From: Trichosphaerium sp. ATCC 40318
Lineage: Eukaryota > Protista > Tubulinea
Direction of reading: 5' to 3'
Length of the DNA: 64,000 bases
Assembly (NCBI GenBank): GCA_038496445.1
Contig: JALMLS010000448.1
Coordinates: forward strand, 1 to 64,000
Shown here piece by piece: positions 52,600-64,000 of the stretch (positions are counted from its first letter, which is position 1; every line of letters begins with the position of its first letter). The notes beneath the pieces were generated by a model. The model saw nothing but the letters and a program-made list of their open reading frames with translations, searched no databases and was not told where the DNA came from. A program made the position numbers and the translations under genes.

Positions 52600-55500
52600 T
52601 TGTTCTGAACGTTTCCAGCCAACGGATTGCAGGCTCTGGTAATTAAATTATAAGCTGTTTTGGATGCGTAAGCTGTATTTAGCACTCTCATTTGCATCAC
52701 GGCTAATTAAACTGTTTTTTAGAGCTTTTTATTTTATTTACACTTTTGGTAAGCGTAATATCTTGTATTCGCATAGACACAGCGGAATTTTCTCTCACTA
52801 GAGTTAATATTGCCAGTACGAATTTATCGGCACTTTACATCCTCATAAACGCTTGTAGCTGAAGATCTTTCAGCAGTGGTGGCTGTGTTTAACTTTGACG
52901 AGCCTGCATTCGTCAAAACAGGGTAATTTATTCCAAACTAGTGTATTTTCGTGGTTTAACATGAGTTGTACCAAGGGTTCGTTGTAACGGTAAAACAGCA
53001 CCTCAATTCATCGAAGGAACTTTTTCTGCTGCCGACAATGCATCAATAATTGATCAAACTGGGAGTACGTCTAGCTCAAACCTACGTTGTCCAGATAGTC
53101 TCAATGGCGGTCTATAGGGCCTTCACTGGATGATATACCTACAACGTATCATAACATTGGTTCTATTACCCGTACAGGACCAAAGGATATCAGTTTAAAA
53201 CCATTCGAAAAGCATGTGTTAGTTGTAAAAGTGTCAAATCCAAAAGAAGCATTTTACAACTTGCTTATCACAACAAAGGGTGGTGGCGGTTCAACTACTA
53301 TCAAAGTCGCAAAAGGTACGCTCAATGCAAGTATAGGCATTATGATGCTGTTGTTAACAAGGGTGACTAATCGCGGTTTAGATTTGACAAACCCATTCAC
53401 TGCACATAATTTATTTTATGATCACGTGGAAGTTTGCGGTCCGCTAATGCAAGTATACCTGTTAACGAACATTCAACTTATCTTTATAGAAATCAAGCAA
53501 AGCCTGTAACAGAATGGGATGGTATCCTTACGGCTGTGTTAGTCACTCAGGAATTCTCATGGAATGTCACAATTCAAATAAGTAATACATTTTCCAAAAA
53601 AAAAAAGATTTATTTTATGTCTAGGAGGTGACGAACTAGTGCCACTGAAGGATTATTGGAGTGGCGGACATATAAATATAGAGTGTGAAAATGGTTTATC
53701 ATTTTCTAGGCATGTACAAGTAGCTCGTATCTTGTTTATTGACAAAGAAAGCAGATCTTGTTCAACAGGGACACCAGGTGTCGGATGTTACCCACTCCCA
53801 CCAACATCAGATCCTCTCTTCTCTCAGGGTGACTTTGAGTTATCTTTGCCAATAGAAAATTCAAAGCGTTACGCTGTTGAGCTCCTAACGGATTTTGGTG
53901 TTGAGTTCGTAGCAGGAATGGTAAGGTTTGATTTTCTTGAACTGTTAGCTAAAACAGTTTACTAGAAACAATTTTATAGAGCTTTCCCTATGGCTATAGC
54001 AGACCCTACATGTAATTATTCCTTACCGTTCTTATATGATAAAAACGGGGAAATGCTTAGTGGTTCTGTGCAGTATGAAGAAGCTGAACCTGATTGTGAT
54101 TATGAATCATATCAAGAAATACTAACTAGCACGTGACACAATTATTTCAAATTTAATAACGTTATCAATAGAGATAATAGACCTCTTATCTTCGACACCA
54201 ACTGAAATTAGGCCAAACTCTCTTAGAAGGACGTCAGTAGATGATCAGGTTTGTCAGCGAGAAACTTTTTTTGCCTTTTCTTATGTTTTCATAGATTCTA
54301 GCGCTTACTTCGTCATCACCATATCAAACTTGTCAGCATTATACAAACACGCAGCTATTAGTGTTATCAGAAGTAGAACCAAAGATAGAGCTTACAAACA
54401 CGTACACAAACAAAACAAGTTCTTACAAAACTAACTTTTGTTTTGTAAGGTGCCCGTTGTCTTTAAATGAAGAAGACTTTGCAAACGATCCATGTTGTAA
54501 TACTGAGTATGTGTATTTTATTCTAATGTATTATGTTCAGTTATGTCTTATGCATGTTAGATTACAAACCACACAGTGCTGTTATCCACGTAATATTTCG
54601 TTCACAGAAATAAAATATGAACCAGCCTCATTGTTTGACATTGAGAAACAATGTCTGGCGCCAGCTTGTGTACAAGTAAGTTTAGTTGCTTTAATAATAT
54701 GCTTATGATATAATTCGCTGTAAAGGGTACATTAAAGACATACAGTGATTACATAAACGATGACAGTGAGTGCGATAAAGCAGCATCAAATGTACTTGCT
54801 TAAAAGTCTGTTTTATCATGATAAACTAAAAGGAAATTATAGGCACTCGCTGATCCTGTCTTAATAGCACCTATACCCACCGAAATATGTATACCACAAG
54901 TATTCAGAACTACATGTGACAATAATTTACAATGCCAGGTACAAGTTCTGGCAGAAGATTGTTCTTGGCTGATATTTTTGTAGTTTTCTCCTGATTATGC
55001 TGTTATATCCGCTGCAATCTGTTCCCTTCCACTAATTCTTGCATCATACCATGCCAAGACAATTCAACCTGTGCTACATATTGCACTCCCCAGAACGTGT
55101 GCAAGCTATTTTATGCTGACATACAAAACAATGAATTTGACGAAGGGCTCATGTACTACAAGGAGGTAATTAACGATAAAGTGTTTGGAACGTATCTATT
55201 TATACCATTGAATAGTGCCTGGCGAGAGCGGTTATACCATACTTACTTGACATTGCTCTTGAAGACGATGAAATAACTTCAGAAAGTGTTGTGGATGCGC
55301 TTTATTCAGATGATCGTGAAGCAATATTGAACATTTCAAGGTCTTATATTGAAGGCCATGCAATAAATAGTACTAAAAGAATTTTTTCCTCCGTTGGATT
55401 ACCACGAGTGATTACTAACATTAGCTCACATTTAGATTGCTCTATTTCTATTTATGGTGTCAACGTGTCTGAATCGGTGTGCAATAATTTTTCAACATGT

Positions 55501-58500
55501 ACAGCTGGGAACGTAGAATGTGCTCAAAGCCCCGAATTTTGTAGTGATCCAGGTACGAGTGATGAAAATGTTGTATAGTTGTTTTTAACTAAATTGGTTT
55601 TAAAGCGTATTGTATGGATCCTCTTTACACTACAGCTAACGCTACTGGTCGATTCTCTTGCCAAATCTGCGATATTGCACCTCAAAAATTGGTTGACCCT
55701 GCATGTGTTACTATTTCATCACCTACAGGTTGTCACTTGTTGAACTCGCGGCGCTCAGAAGGTAAGCAAAAAGTCTAGTACGAAATGGACTTACAATGAT
55801 TAAGGTTTGAACGAATTGTGTACACAGCGAGGAGGTAGTTGGAATCCAATAATGCCATATGGACTAGGATCATGTTTTCTGCAAATTGGAAGAGAAGGTA
55901 AACTAATTCTACTTGTCGATATATCACGTGACTAATGGTACCTTTTTTTTCCTTAGAATGTTTACCTCCAGATTATTGTTCAGAAATGGATCGCATTGGT
56001 AATGTTGAATTGCTTTGTAGTACGTCTAAAGAGCTTCTATCGAAAAATAGAGTTGTGATTTAAATACAAACTAGATAGTTACTGCTACATTATAAATGCT
56101 ACGGAACAGTTTTGTACAGATAACAGATATAGCTGGTACGGTTGTCATTAGGACTAACATTGAAGTGTAATACTTGACTGTAGGCATGTGTGGAATATAA
56201 ATGGAACTGAGTATAGTAATTGCAGAGTTGACAATGCTACCTTTGAACAATGTGATCGTATTCCAAGTGCTTCATATTGGTATGGAGATTTTACTTACTT
56301 AGCTGTAATTACTAAGTTTTGTTTGTAGGGAAGGGCGTTTCTTTATTGAAGATGATTTCATAGATGAAGCTACATGTAGTACTGGTGTTTGTTTGAGTAA
56401 TACTTTTGGAGGCAGAATACAGGGGCTAGTAACTGAAGTACTATAGCGTTATTTGTATTTTAACTAACTTATTACTAAAAGGCGGATTGTGTTGGTAGTA
56501 ATGAAACTCTAGGCAGTTGTGATATATGCAACACTTGCACTAATAGGACGCAGTGCGAAAGCGTTGGTAAGGTGATGACTCTGATGTTATCTCTAATCCT
56601 GGGGATTTAGGTCGTTGCTTGTACAGTAGTTCTTACGACAGTGTATCTGTGTGCGTCTAATCTCTTGCAATTTGGCGAGTTATATCTTATTTTATTTGTA
56701 TAGAGACACTGGCCTTTGTGTGTTTAATATTCAGGATCCATTTAGCGAAGCATGTCCTAGTGAATTAGTTTCTTATGATTGGCATCCTCAAGGATGTGCT
56801 ACTACTGTTTGGAATGAAACAACATGTCTTAGTCTTAATGGGTACATCAACCTATTGAATGTAATTGCTTACTCATTTTCTAAGCACGTGGAATCCTCCT
56901 ATTACAACAGAATCTGCTTGTATTTCTGCATCCACAGAACTATGTTATGACTTTAACGTACTTCGTTATTCTTTTCTTTGGCTGCATTAACAACATTATT
57001 AGTTACAATTTTTTCCGCGCCTCAGTTCTCTCAAAAATAATTCAGAGTGTTTTAAATGCAACAGAACAAGTTACGAATTTCGCAACTGGGTAGCTGTGCG
57101 TTAGTAAATTACATCTTTATGGAGTTATCTTACCTGATTAAAAGGGTACTTGGACAGCAGAAGCCCAATGGTATCCTATACGTTGGGCTGAAGCCAAAAT
57201 GAACCAAGTTGGTTCATGGGTTTCTATGCCAGATACGAATGAGCTAGAGAATATAACAAGGACAATAAAAGAAGCTCGCGTACGCCATATTTTTTTTAAT
57301 CACGTGATGCACTCACGTGCTCACGATATCAATAAGTAAACGTAGTACACCAAAACTTAAACACTCAACTTTTAGGAGCTACAAGTAAGTCTAGATGATT
57401 TGCTCTGTCGTGCAATTCAACCAACAAGAACATTTGATATAGTTTCATGTCTTTGTGGAACAAACAGATCATGTCCGTACACAAGTATTTAAATGCATAA
57501 CTAACTGTCTATCTAGCATCATGTATAAAAAACCCAGAACGTCAAGTTGTTGGTAGTCTTTTCGCTTGTGTTGGCTCGTTCAATCAAACTGTTTACCCAT
57601 TTGGAAGAATTGCAGCAGGTGTAAGTCACCTCCTTTTTATGACCGTTTTTAATACTCACGTGATAAACACCTAGAGTACTTTCGTACCAGGGAAGGGAGC
57701 GTGTATATCTGGACAAGTCTTTGCGCTTCAAGAAGCTTTTTTTCGCTTAAAGACAGTTAAGTCTTTAGCTTTCTTACCCATCACGGCAACACAACCCAAC
57801 CGTAATTCTTTTCGTTTTGTTAAGAATAGTAACGATGTTGCTGTTGGTGAAATACAAGGTAAAATATTTATATAAACGCACGTGATAACTAACTTTTACT
57901 GTTTTAAGGCGATGGAGCAATAGTTCTATCTCTTCTTTTTACTGGTTTGAAAGTTTGTTTCAATCTTCCAGAAACCCCTAGTAGTAGATTTCTACCCAAG
58001 CTAGATAGATTCGCTATAGCCACTACAAATAATCTCGGTGAATTAGAAGTTGTGAGCGGATTGGTGATAGAGGTAACAACAGATGAACGTAAAACAATGC
58101 ATTTATTTTTTTTTAATTTAGGGAACGACTGAGATATGTCACCCAATGGTTCCACATGTTGCCTATTTTCCTGTAGCTCTTTATACTGATTACCAAGACC
58201 GCTTGTATTGGGAGACATACACTACATCGAAAAAAGTAATGATAATACTGGCTTGTATTGCCTACGGAGTAGTTGTACGTTATTTCTAACACTTTGTACC
58301 TTTTAACGAATTACTGTTAGTGCGTAGCTGCTGCGTATCATGCAGTTTACTCTTTCATACATAAGAAAAAAAGGACCCGTACCTAACGCTACCAAGGATG
58401 GCACTGTTATCTGTGTCTTTGTACACATTTTGTACGCTTGCCTTTTTTTTTTTTGACTTTGTGTTTTTCTTACCTATTGCAGTACGCTTCTTTTTCTTCT

Positions 58501-59379
58501 TCTTGGCAACGTTTGGGATAGTATCGAACTTCCCTGAGATAGGCGTGTTATTTAGTGAGTTGCCTTCATATGTTTTATTCTTTGTATACTCTTTGATTAT
58601 ACTCAAATGGTACGATGAATCATTTCTCAATGCGAAGCAAAATTTTTTTTAACTGTAAACTACATAGGGTTGAGCTTGCACATTTTTCTTTAGATGCAAC
58701 GGGAGGAAAAAAACTAAGGCCAGCTGTACTCGGTATAAACGGGGCTGTTGTTGTATTTGGGCTGGTTTGCTGTATCGGGTTCTTCACAAAACCGGAAGAA
58801 GTAGAGTACGCACTTTCGCTAGAAAAGTTTTTTTTAACTCTAGAAAGGGAGGAAGCGTCTGATTGTAATCCTCTTGCCGATACACCTGGCACAAGCGCTC
58901 AAGAGATTATCATTATTATTTATAAGACACTGTACGCTTTAGCATCAGCTGTTCTTGCAGTTGGCGCTCTTGTTTATGGTAAAAAGATTGTTCGGTTTTT
59001 GAACAACGATTCAAAGTTAGCTGGAGGTGTAAGTCTGTTTGTTTGAAACGTTATTGTGTTTGTGACCGTTTTCACACTAGGTTAAAATGGACAGTGTTAA
59101 GAGATCTATACGTAACGCGATGATATTCACATACGTATGCGCTATAGCGCTTTTTTCACAGGCACGCACGTTTTTTTTATTGTGGATATTTCGGTCTAGT
59201 TAACTTTTTATTTCCATGGATAGGCTGTCTTGTTACTTATTAATGTTGGTTATCAATTACCTTTCTTTGTATCGGTTATAGCTGTTATGATACTTGACTT
59301 GATCCCTGCTGTTTTATTTATAAAACTGTTCGAGCACAAGTCTGTTTTACAACAGATAAAAGGAAGCAGCTCAAAATAA
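52600..59379 (+). CDS. Large multi-exon receptor-like protein: Cys-rich ectodomain + TOM1/GPR137-like 7TM; 5' end uncertain
   Basis: Many short Cys-rich exons (DPCCN, QCCYP, WHPQGC); TM region FFFFLATFG...LFSELPSYVLFFVYSLIILKW; stop at 59377-79. Confidence 0.7.
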
Positions 59380-60791
59380 TAATACGTATCCGCCTAACCA
59401 GAAGATGAAGAAAGTTGTTACGGTTTTTTTGTGGCGACATAGAGTCCAGTTTGTAAAAAAGTCTCAAAGTGTATGTGATCCCGTGTTTTCAACGTATTCC
59501 TCACGAGAAGACAAATAAATACTTGTATTATCAGAATTTTTGTTTAAAATGTCAGAAAATGCAACAACGTTTCTGCTTAGAGCAGCTGTATTAGTCCTCA
59601 AGGGCGATGAATACGCAGTGCGCCAAAAAAAAAACAATTTAATTCTTTTTTGTGTGTTGTTTTGATATTGAAAAGCAAAGATTTTACCCACGTGATAGAG
59701 CCAAATAAAGTGTTTGTTTTACCGCAAGTAGTGAACTTGAGAAAACTCGTACTTTTACGCCGTAAAAATTTATAGCGAACCCGAGCCTTGTGAAAAGCCA
59801 TGAGGTCGATATCTATACACCATGTTTGGTAGATTCTCCGCCATCGCTAAAACAGTTTCTGCTAAAAAATGAGATTCGTTTCAACTATCTTTCCGCTGGA
59901 GATTCTGCGTTATGTTCTCAGTTTTTGAACTTGAAGTGTCGTGTACGAGTTCGTGTAGTATTTAGAAACCATTTAACGGCCATTAGCGTATTGTACTTCC
60001 ACAATAGTTAGATTGTGACATGAAGCAACATAAACCGAGAAAATGTTGGATGCGCTTTACAAGTAGCAGAACGCTAAGAATGTCAACAAAGCAGCGGTGT
60101 GAACCCGAAACCCGATGCTAAAAGATTGTCGTGCCGCTACGCGAAACCACGTTCACACACTACTTACAAAGGCAGAGATGACGGTTTTTACATAACGTAT
60201 AGACTCGACTGCCAAAGATGGGTTGTTCTCTGCACGTGATTCAAAACGTGATTTGTTACGTAAGCACGATGCAAATGAGTTTCTATCGCTTGTCTTAATT
60301 CGCTTTAACCCGGTTTATATTTATAGCGTACATGCACATTCTTGTGAGTGGCAAAAGGAATATCAAACCAATCCTTTATCAACAGCATTTATCTTGGTTA
60401 TTTACCACTAGCTACTACATTTGTTATTACAGCGATTTGACCAAAGTTAAGTCAGCCAACAAGTTAATAAATACTGTCCTAGCGTCCTCTACTCTTCAAC
60501 TCTTTATGTATCCTATGCTTGAAGATAGGAACGAAATTTGATAGCTTCTGATTGAGTTTGTGTGACGTACTAGTGCGTTTTTGCATGGTGCAGTTTTTCT
60601 TCTTCTGTAAGTGTTGTTCGTTGGCCTTTTTTGCAAAATAAAGCGCGATGGGAAAACCGTTCTGACCAGCGTTTGGCTTTATAGTCTGTGCACCGTTTCG
60701 CGCTAGCACGCTAGTCAATAGACGTTGTGTGAATTTGTACTTTTTTTTTATTAATTACAAACGAAAACAGCATCACTTCCTCGGCTCCTCG

Positions 60792-63700
60792 ATGATGTTG
60801 AAACTCTTGGCTTTGTGCCTTGTCGTAGTGCTAGTGTCTTGTTACGAACAGGCCTACTGGGATAGAGTTAACGACTATGACGTCGCATACAAAAGTGCGT
60901 TTTGGGTTTCTTCCAAAAACTAGTTGGCGAAACTTTCCAAAACCAACCGTCATACTCTCTTACTGCGAGCCTTGGTTTAGTTTATTTTGAGCATATAAAT
61001 TCTCCGTTGTAGAACTATTGTGTTTGAGCTAACATTTTTGTTTTTAGTGGATCTATCACCAGCACGCTTCTCAAAGCGTAGTGGTGGACTTGAAAGACGT
61101 TTCGTTATCCATAAAGCGAACAATGAAAAAACAGTCTTCAGAGTTGCCTCTTATTCTGTATTCGGTCCTGACGCAGAGGTAAGCGCCTAGAAAATTTCAC
61201 AATACTTCTCTACACATTACGTAATGAATCACAAAACGACTCTTTACTACAAACCAAACAAACCGTGAAATCGACTGAAAATAATTTTTTTTAGATTCAA
61301 GTTCAGAAGGACGGAGAGACAACAACCCATGCACCTCCTAGAAACGCGTACAAGGGTATTGGTAATAATCACCAGGATCTCCGTTTTATCGCTCACGAGG
61401 ATGGTACCTTTTCGGGTGCTTTTGTAATTAACGGCGATAGAGTCGTGTTTGATCTCGCTTCGAAGTACGTCCTTATTTGTATTTTTTCGAGCGTGTTTTT
61501 TTTTGCGCACGTGCGTGCAAATAATAACACCGCGATTTTAGCCACGAAAGTTTTATGAGCAAGAGACATATGGAAAAGCTTGGAGAAGGAAAATACGTAC
61601 TCATCAGGTGCGTAAAGCGAAACAAAAAAAAAAACAGAACCAGGGAAATCCAGGGCTGAACTGAAAAAAAAATGGAGTGATTAACATTTTGGGCGATATC
61701 CATAGTTTCTTTTAACCGGTTGGTTGTACTTTGGTCTCACATTGTCTTCGGGGGTGCTGGGTTTTTTTGGGCTGTTTTTCTATCCAAAAAAATATTAATT
61801 CTCGTTTTTTAGAGAAAGTATGATGAACCCTGACCCAAATGAGTATACATGCGGTACTGGTGAACATAAGCACAGCGCTGTATCAAAGAGGTAACGAAAA
61901 ACATCAGGCAACTCATTCACTAATTTTTTTCTGCGTAGGATGACAGAAAATCAAGCTACACCTCCTCCTTTGTCTACTTCTGTCCCATCTCCTTGTCCAC
62001 AATCTAACAAGCAATTGATGCAAGTAAGTTGTTCTCTCGTTAATTTATGTGAACTTAAATACATTAGGCTGTTATCACAGATGCTGGATTTGTTGCAGTG
62101 CTTGGTGGAAGACAACAAGCAACTGACTACATCGAGCAAGGTAACTACTTTTTTTTCTTTTTTCTTATTTTTTAGCGGCCCGACGTCCCTAACGAATTGT
62201 TTTAAGTGTGGATGGACGTCAACGTATACTATGAAAGAGAATTTGTACGTGTTATCTGCCTTCCTTCCGCAGAAGTTACAATTCTAGTTCTGCAATTCAC
62301 AATATCAATTTTTTTTTTGTGTTTTTTTTTTTGTGTCTCCTACTAATATCCCGTTTAGAATGTTCACCTTACAATTGAATCCCTTCTAATTAATGAATCG
62401 CCTGGCGGTCAAAATTGGAATACACTTGGAAACAATTGTCCTGATATCAACACAAAACTTGATCAAATCTCAGACTGGAAACGTGACAACAAACCTGATG
62501 CCGGTCTTCTTCATCTCATGACTAACTGTTATCCATCTCCTGGTACTATTGGACTCGCTTGGGTTGGTACAATATGTAGAAACGTACGTAAACAAACCAA
62601 AAACTACAACCACGAACACTAACTTGTTCCGTTTTTTTCCCCCCTTTTTTTCTAAATCGTCGTTCTAGAACATCGGTTCAGGTGTTTCAAATCATTTGGG
62701 CAGCAGACACTCCGCTCATCGTGTTGTTGGTCACGAAACTGGTCACAACTTTAAATGCGACCACGATGACTCAAACGGAGGTAAGGAATTAACCACCCAT
62801 AAAACCAAAACTGATGACTTCTTTTTCTAGGTATTATGTTCCCAAGTGTAAACGGCAGATCGTACGTTATTTTTTTGCATCTCTTTTAGCCTGCAGGCTG
62901 TTCCTATTATTTTGATATTAAAGCTAACCTTTGTCTTTTAGTTCGACAGATTACGATCGTTTCTCCCAATTCAGTATTGGTCAAGCATGTGGTCACCTTG
63001 GTTCTATTAATTGTCTTCTTGATTACGACTCAGGATGTACTGTTTCTTGCGGAACAAAGAACTGTGGTCCTAGTAACTGCGTTGGAAGAGTATGTGGATT
63101 CTGTACCGGACTTAATGAATGTAAGAACGGTCAATGTGTTCCTTGTGATCAACAATGTGGAACCAAACAATGTGGTCCTGACGCTTGTGGTAACGCTGAA
63201 GGCTGTGGAAGTTGTGCTTCAGGAAGTCAATGTAGAAATGATAGATGTGAGGTTGTACCTCCATTCCCTCAAGATGTTCTTCAAGTCGTAAATGATGAAA
63301 GGTACTACAAACCTATCCACTTGTTGATTTTTTTTTGAAAAGTTACACTCTCTGTTCACTATGGTTTTCGCTTCTCGAACATCGACTTATTTCCTATTTT
63401 CTAGAGCTTTGTACGGTGTTGACCCTGTTGAATGGGATTCAGCTTTATTGAATGAAGTTAATTCTTACTTGGCTACTTGCAACAATAACTTGAAGAGTCC
63501 TTCAATCGGTGGTGATATAAATAGACGAGGCAACGCTCAACACAACATTGCTGATGTACTCCGTGATATTGCTAAGCAGAAATCTTTCTGGACTTGTGAA
63601 ACTGATGTAATTGACCAATCCGAAGGTAATGCCAACTACTGGGTATGGCAATACAAGTACGTACAATTGACAAAAAAAAAGCTTCGGCAAGACACTTTTT

Positions 63701-64000
63701 TTCTAACCTTTTGTTGCCAGAATCATGGTGTCTGACAGACAAACCAAGATGGCTTGTGCTCAACGTAACTGTGGTGGAAACCATATTATGTATTGTGCTT
63801 TCTCAAGATTCCAAGGTTACAACAGCAGACCATTCCCTGAAGCCCAATGTAGTAAGTACTGAAAAAAAATCCCGAACCGCAAAACTTGCCTGTCATTGAT
63901 CGCCTTGCTAAACCTTGAATAGACTTCGAGTGCACAAATACTCGTAATCCAAACATATGTCAAGAACAACAAAAGAACTGCGGTACAGCTTTCGATGGAT
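60792..64000 (+). CDS. Secreted M12B (reprolysin-like) zinc metalloprotease + Cys-rich repeats + CAP domain; runs off the window
   Basis: Signal peptide MMLKLLALCLVVVLVSC; IGLAWVGTIC; HETGHNFKCDHD with IMFP Met-turn; CG.k.CGPd.CG repeats; VLQVVNDERALYGVDPVEWD CAP start. Confidence 0.85.

Noticed and set aside
59464-60718. Cluster of 60-80-aa ORFs
   Set aside because: Low-complexity, overlapping on both strands; looks intergenic

Overview
Gene-dense, AT-rich (roughly 35% GC by eye) eukaryotic nuclear DNA with many short (about 40-100 nt) spliceosomal introns. The gene content (Frizzled-like GPCR, TOM1/GPR137-like receptor, F-box-LRR and F-box-MORN proteins, PPR protein) fits a free-living protist, probably an amoeba; I cannot name the species. 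About 25 genes can be reconstructed: PIAS/SIZ SUMO ligase, Na+:solute symporter, PPR protein, tandem-repeat PD-(D/E)XK nuclease, RNase Z, YqcI/YcgG protein, argininosuccinate lyase, BORCS6, lipoyl synthase, DUSP, TRM44, saccharopine dehydrogenase, Ras, SLC17 transporter, ornithine cyclodeaminase/mu-crystallin, ILVBL and a reprolysin-CAP protein, among others. Highlights: (1) a protein with six ~70-aa Trp-rich repeats and a C-terminal nuclease domain, lying between a PPR gene and an RNase Z gene; (2) an 826-bp MITE with TA target-site duplications that has replaced the C-terminus of an SLC17 transporter and carries a perfect 36-bp hairpin; (3) a probable 2-nt micro-exon in ASL and several GC-AG introns; (4) a YqcI/YcgG putative arginine N-hydroxylase directly upstream of ASL; (5) a Bacteroidetes-type saccharopine dehydrogenase with introns; (6) an SSS transporter fused to a bacterial-style small subunit; (7) strong CACGTG enrichment; (8) a 2.4-kb inverted duplication at the window start. 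All exon structures and family assignments were made by hand from motifs, without database searches.
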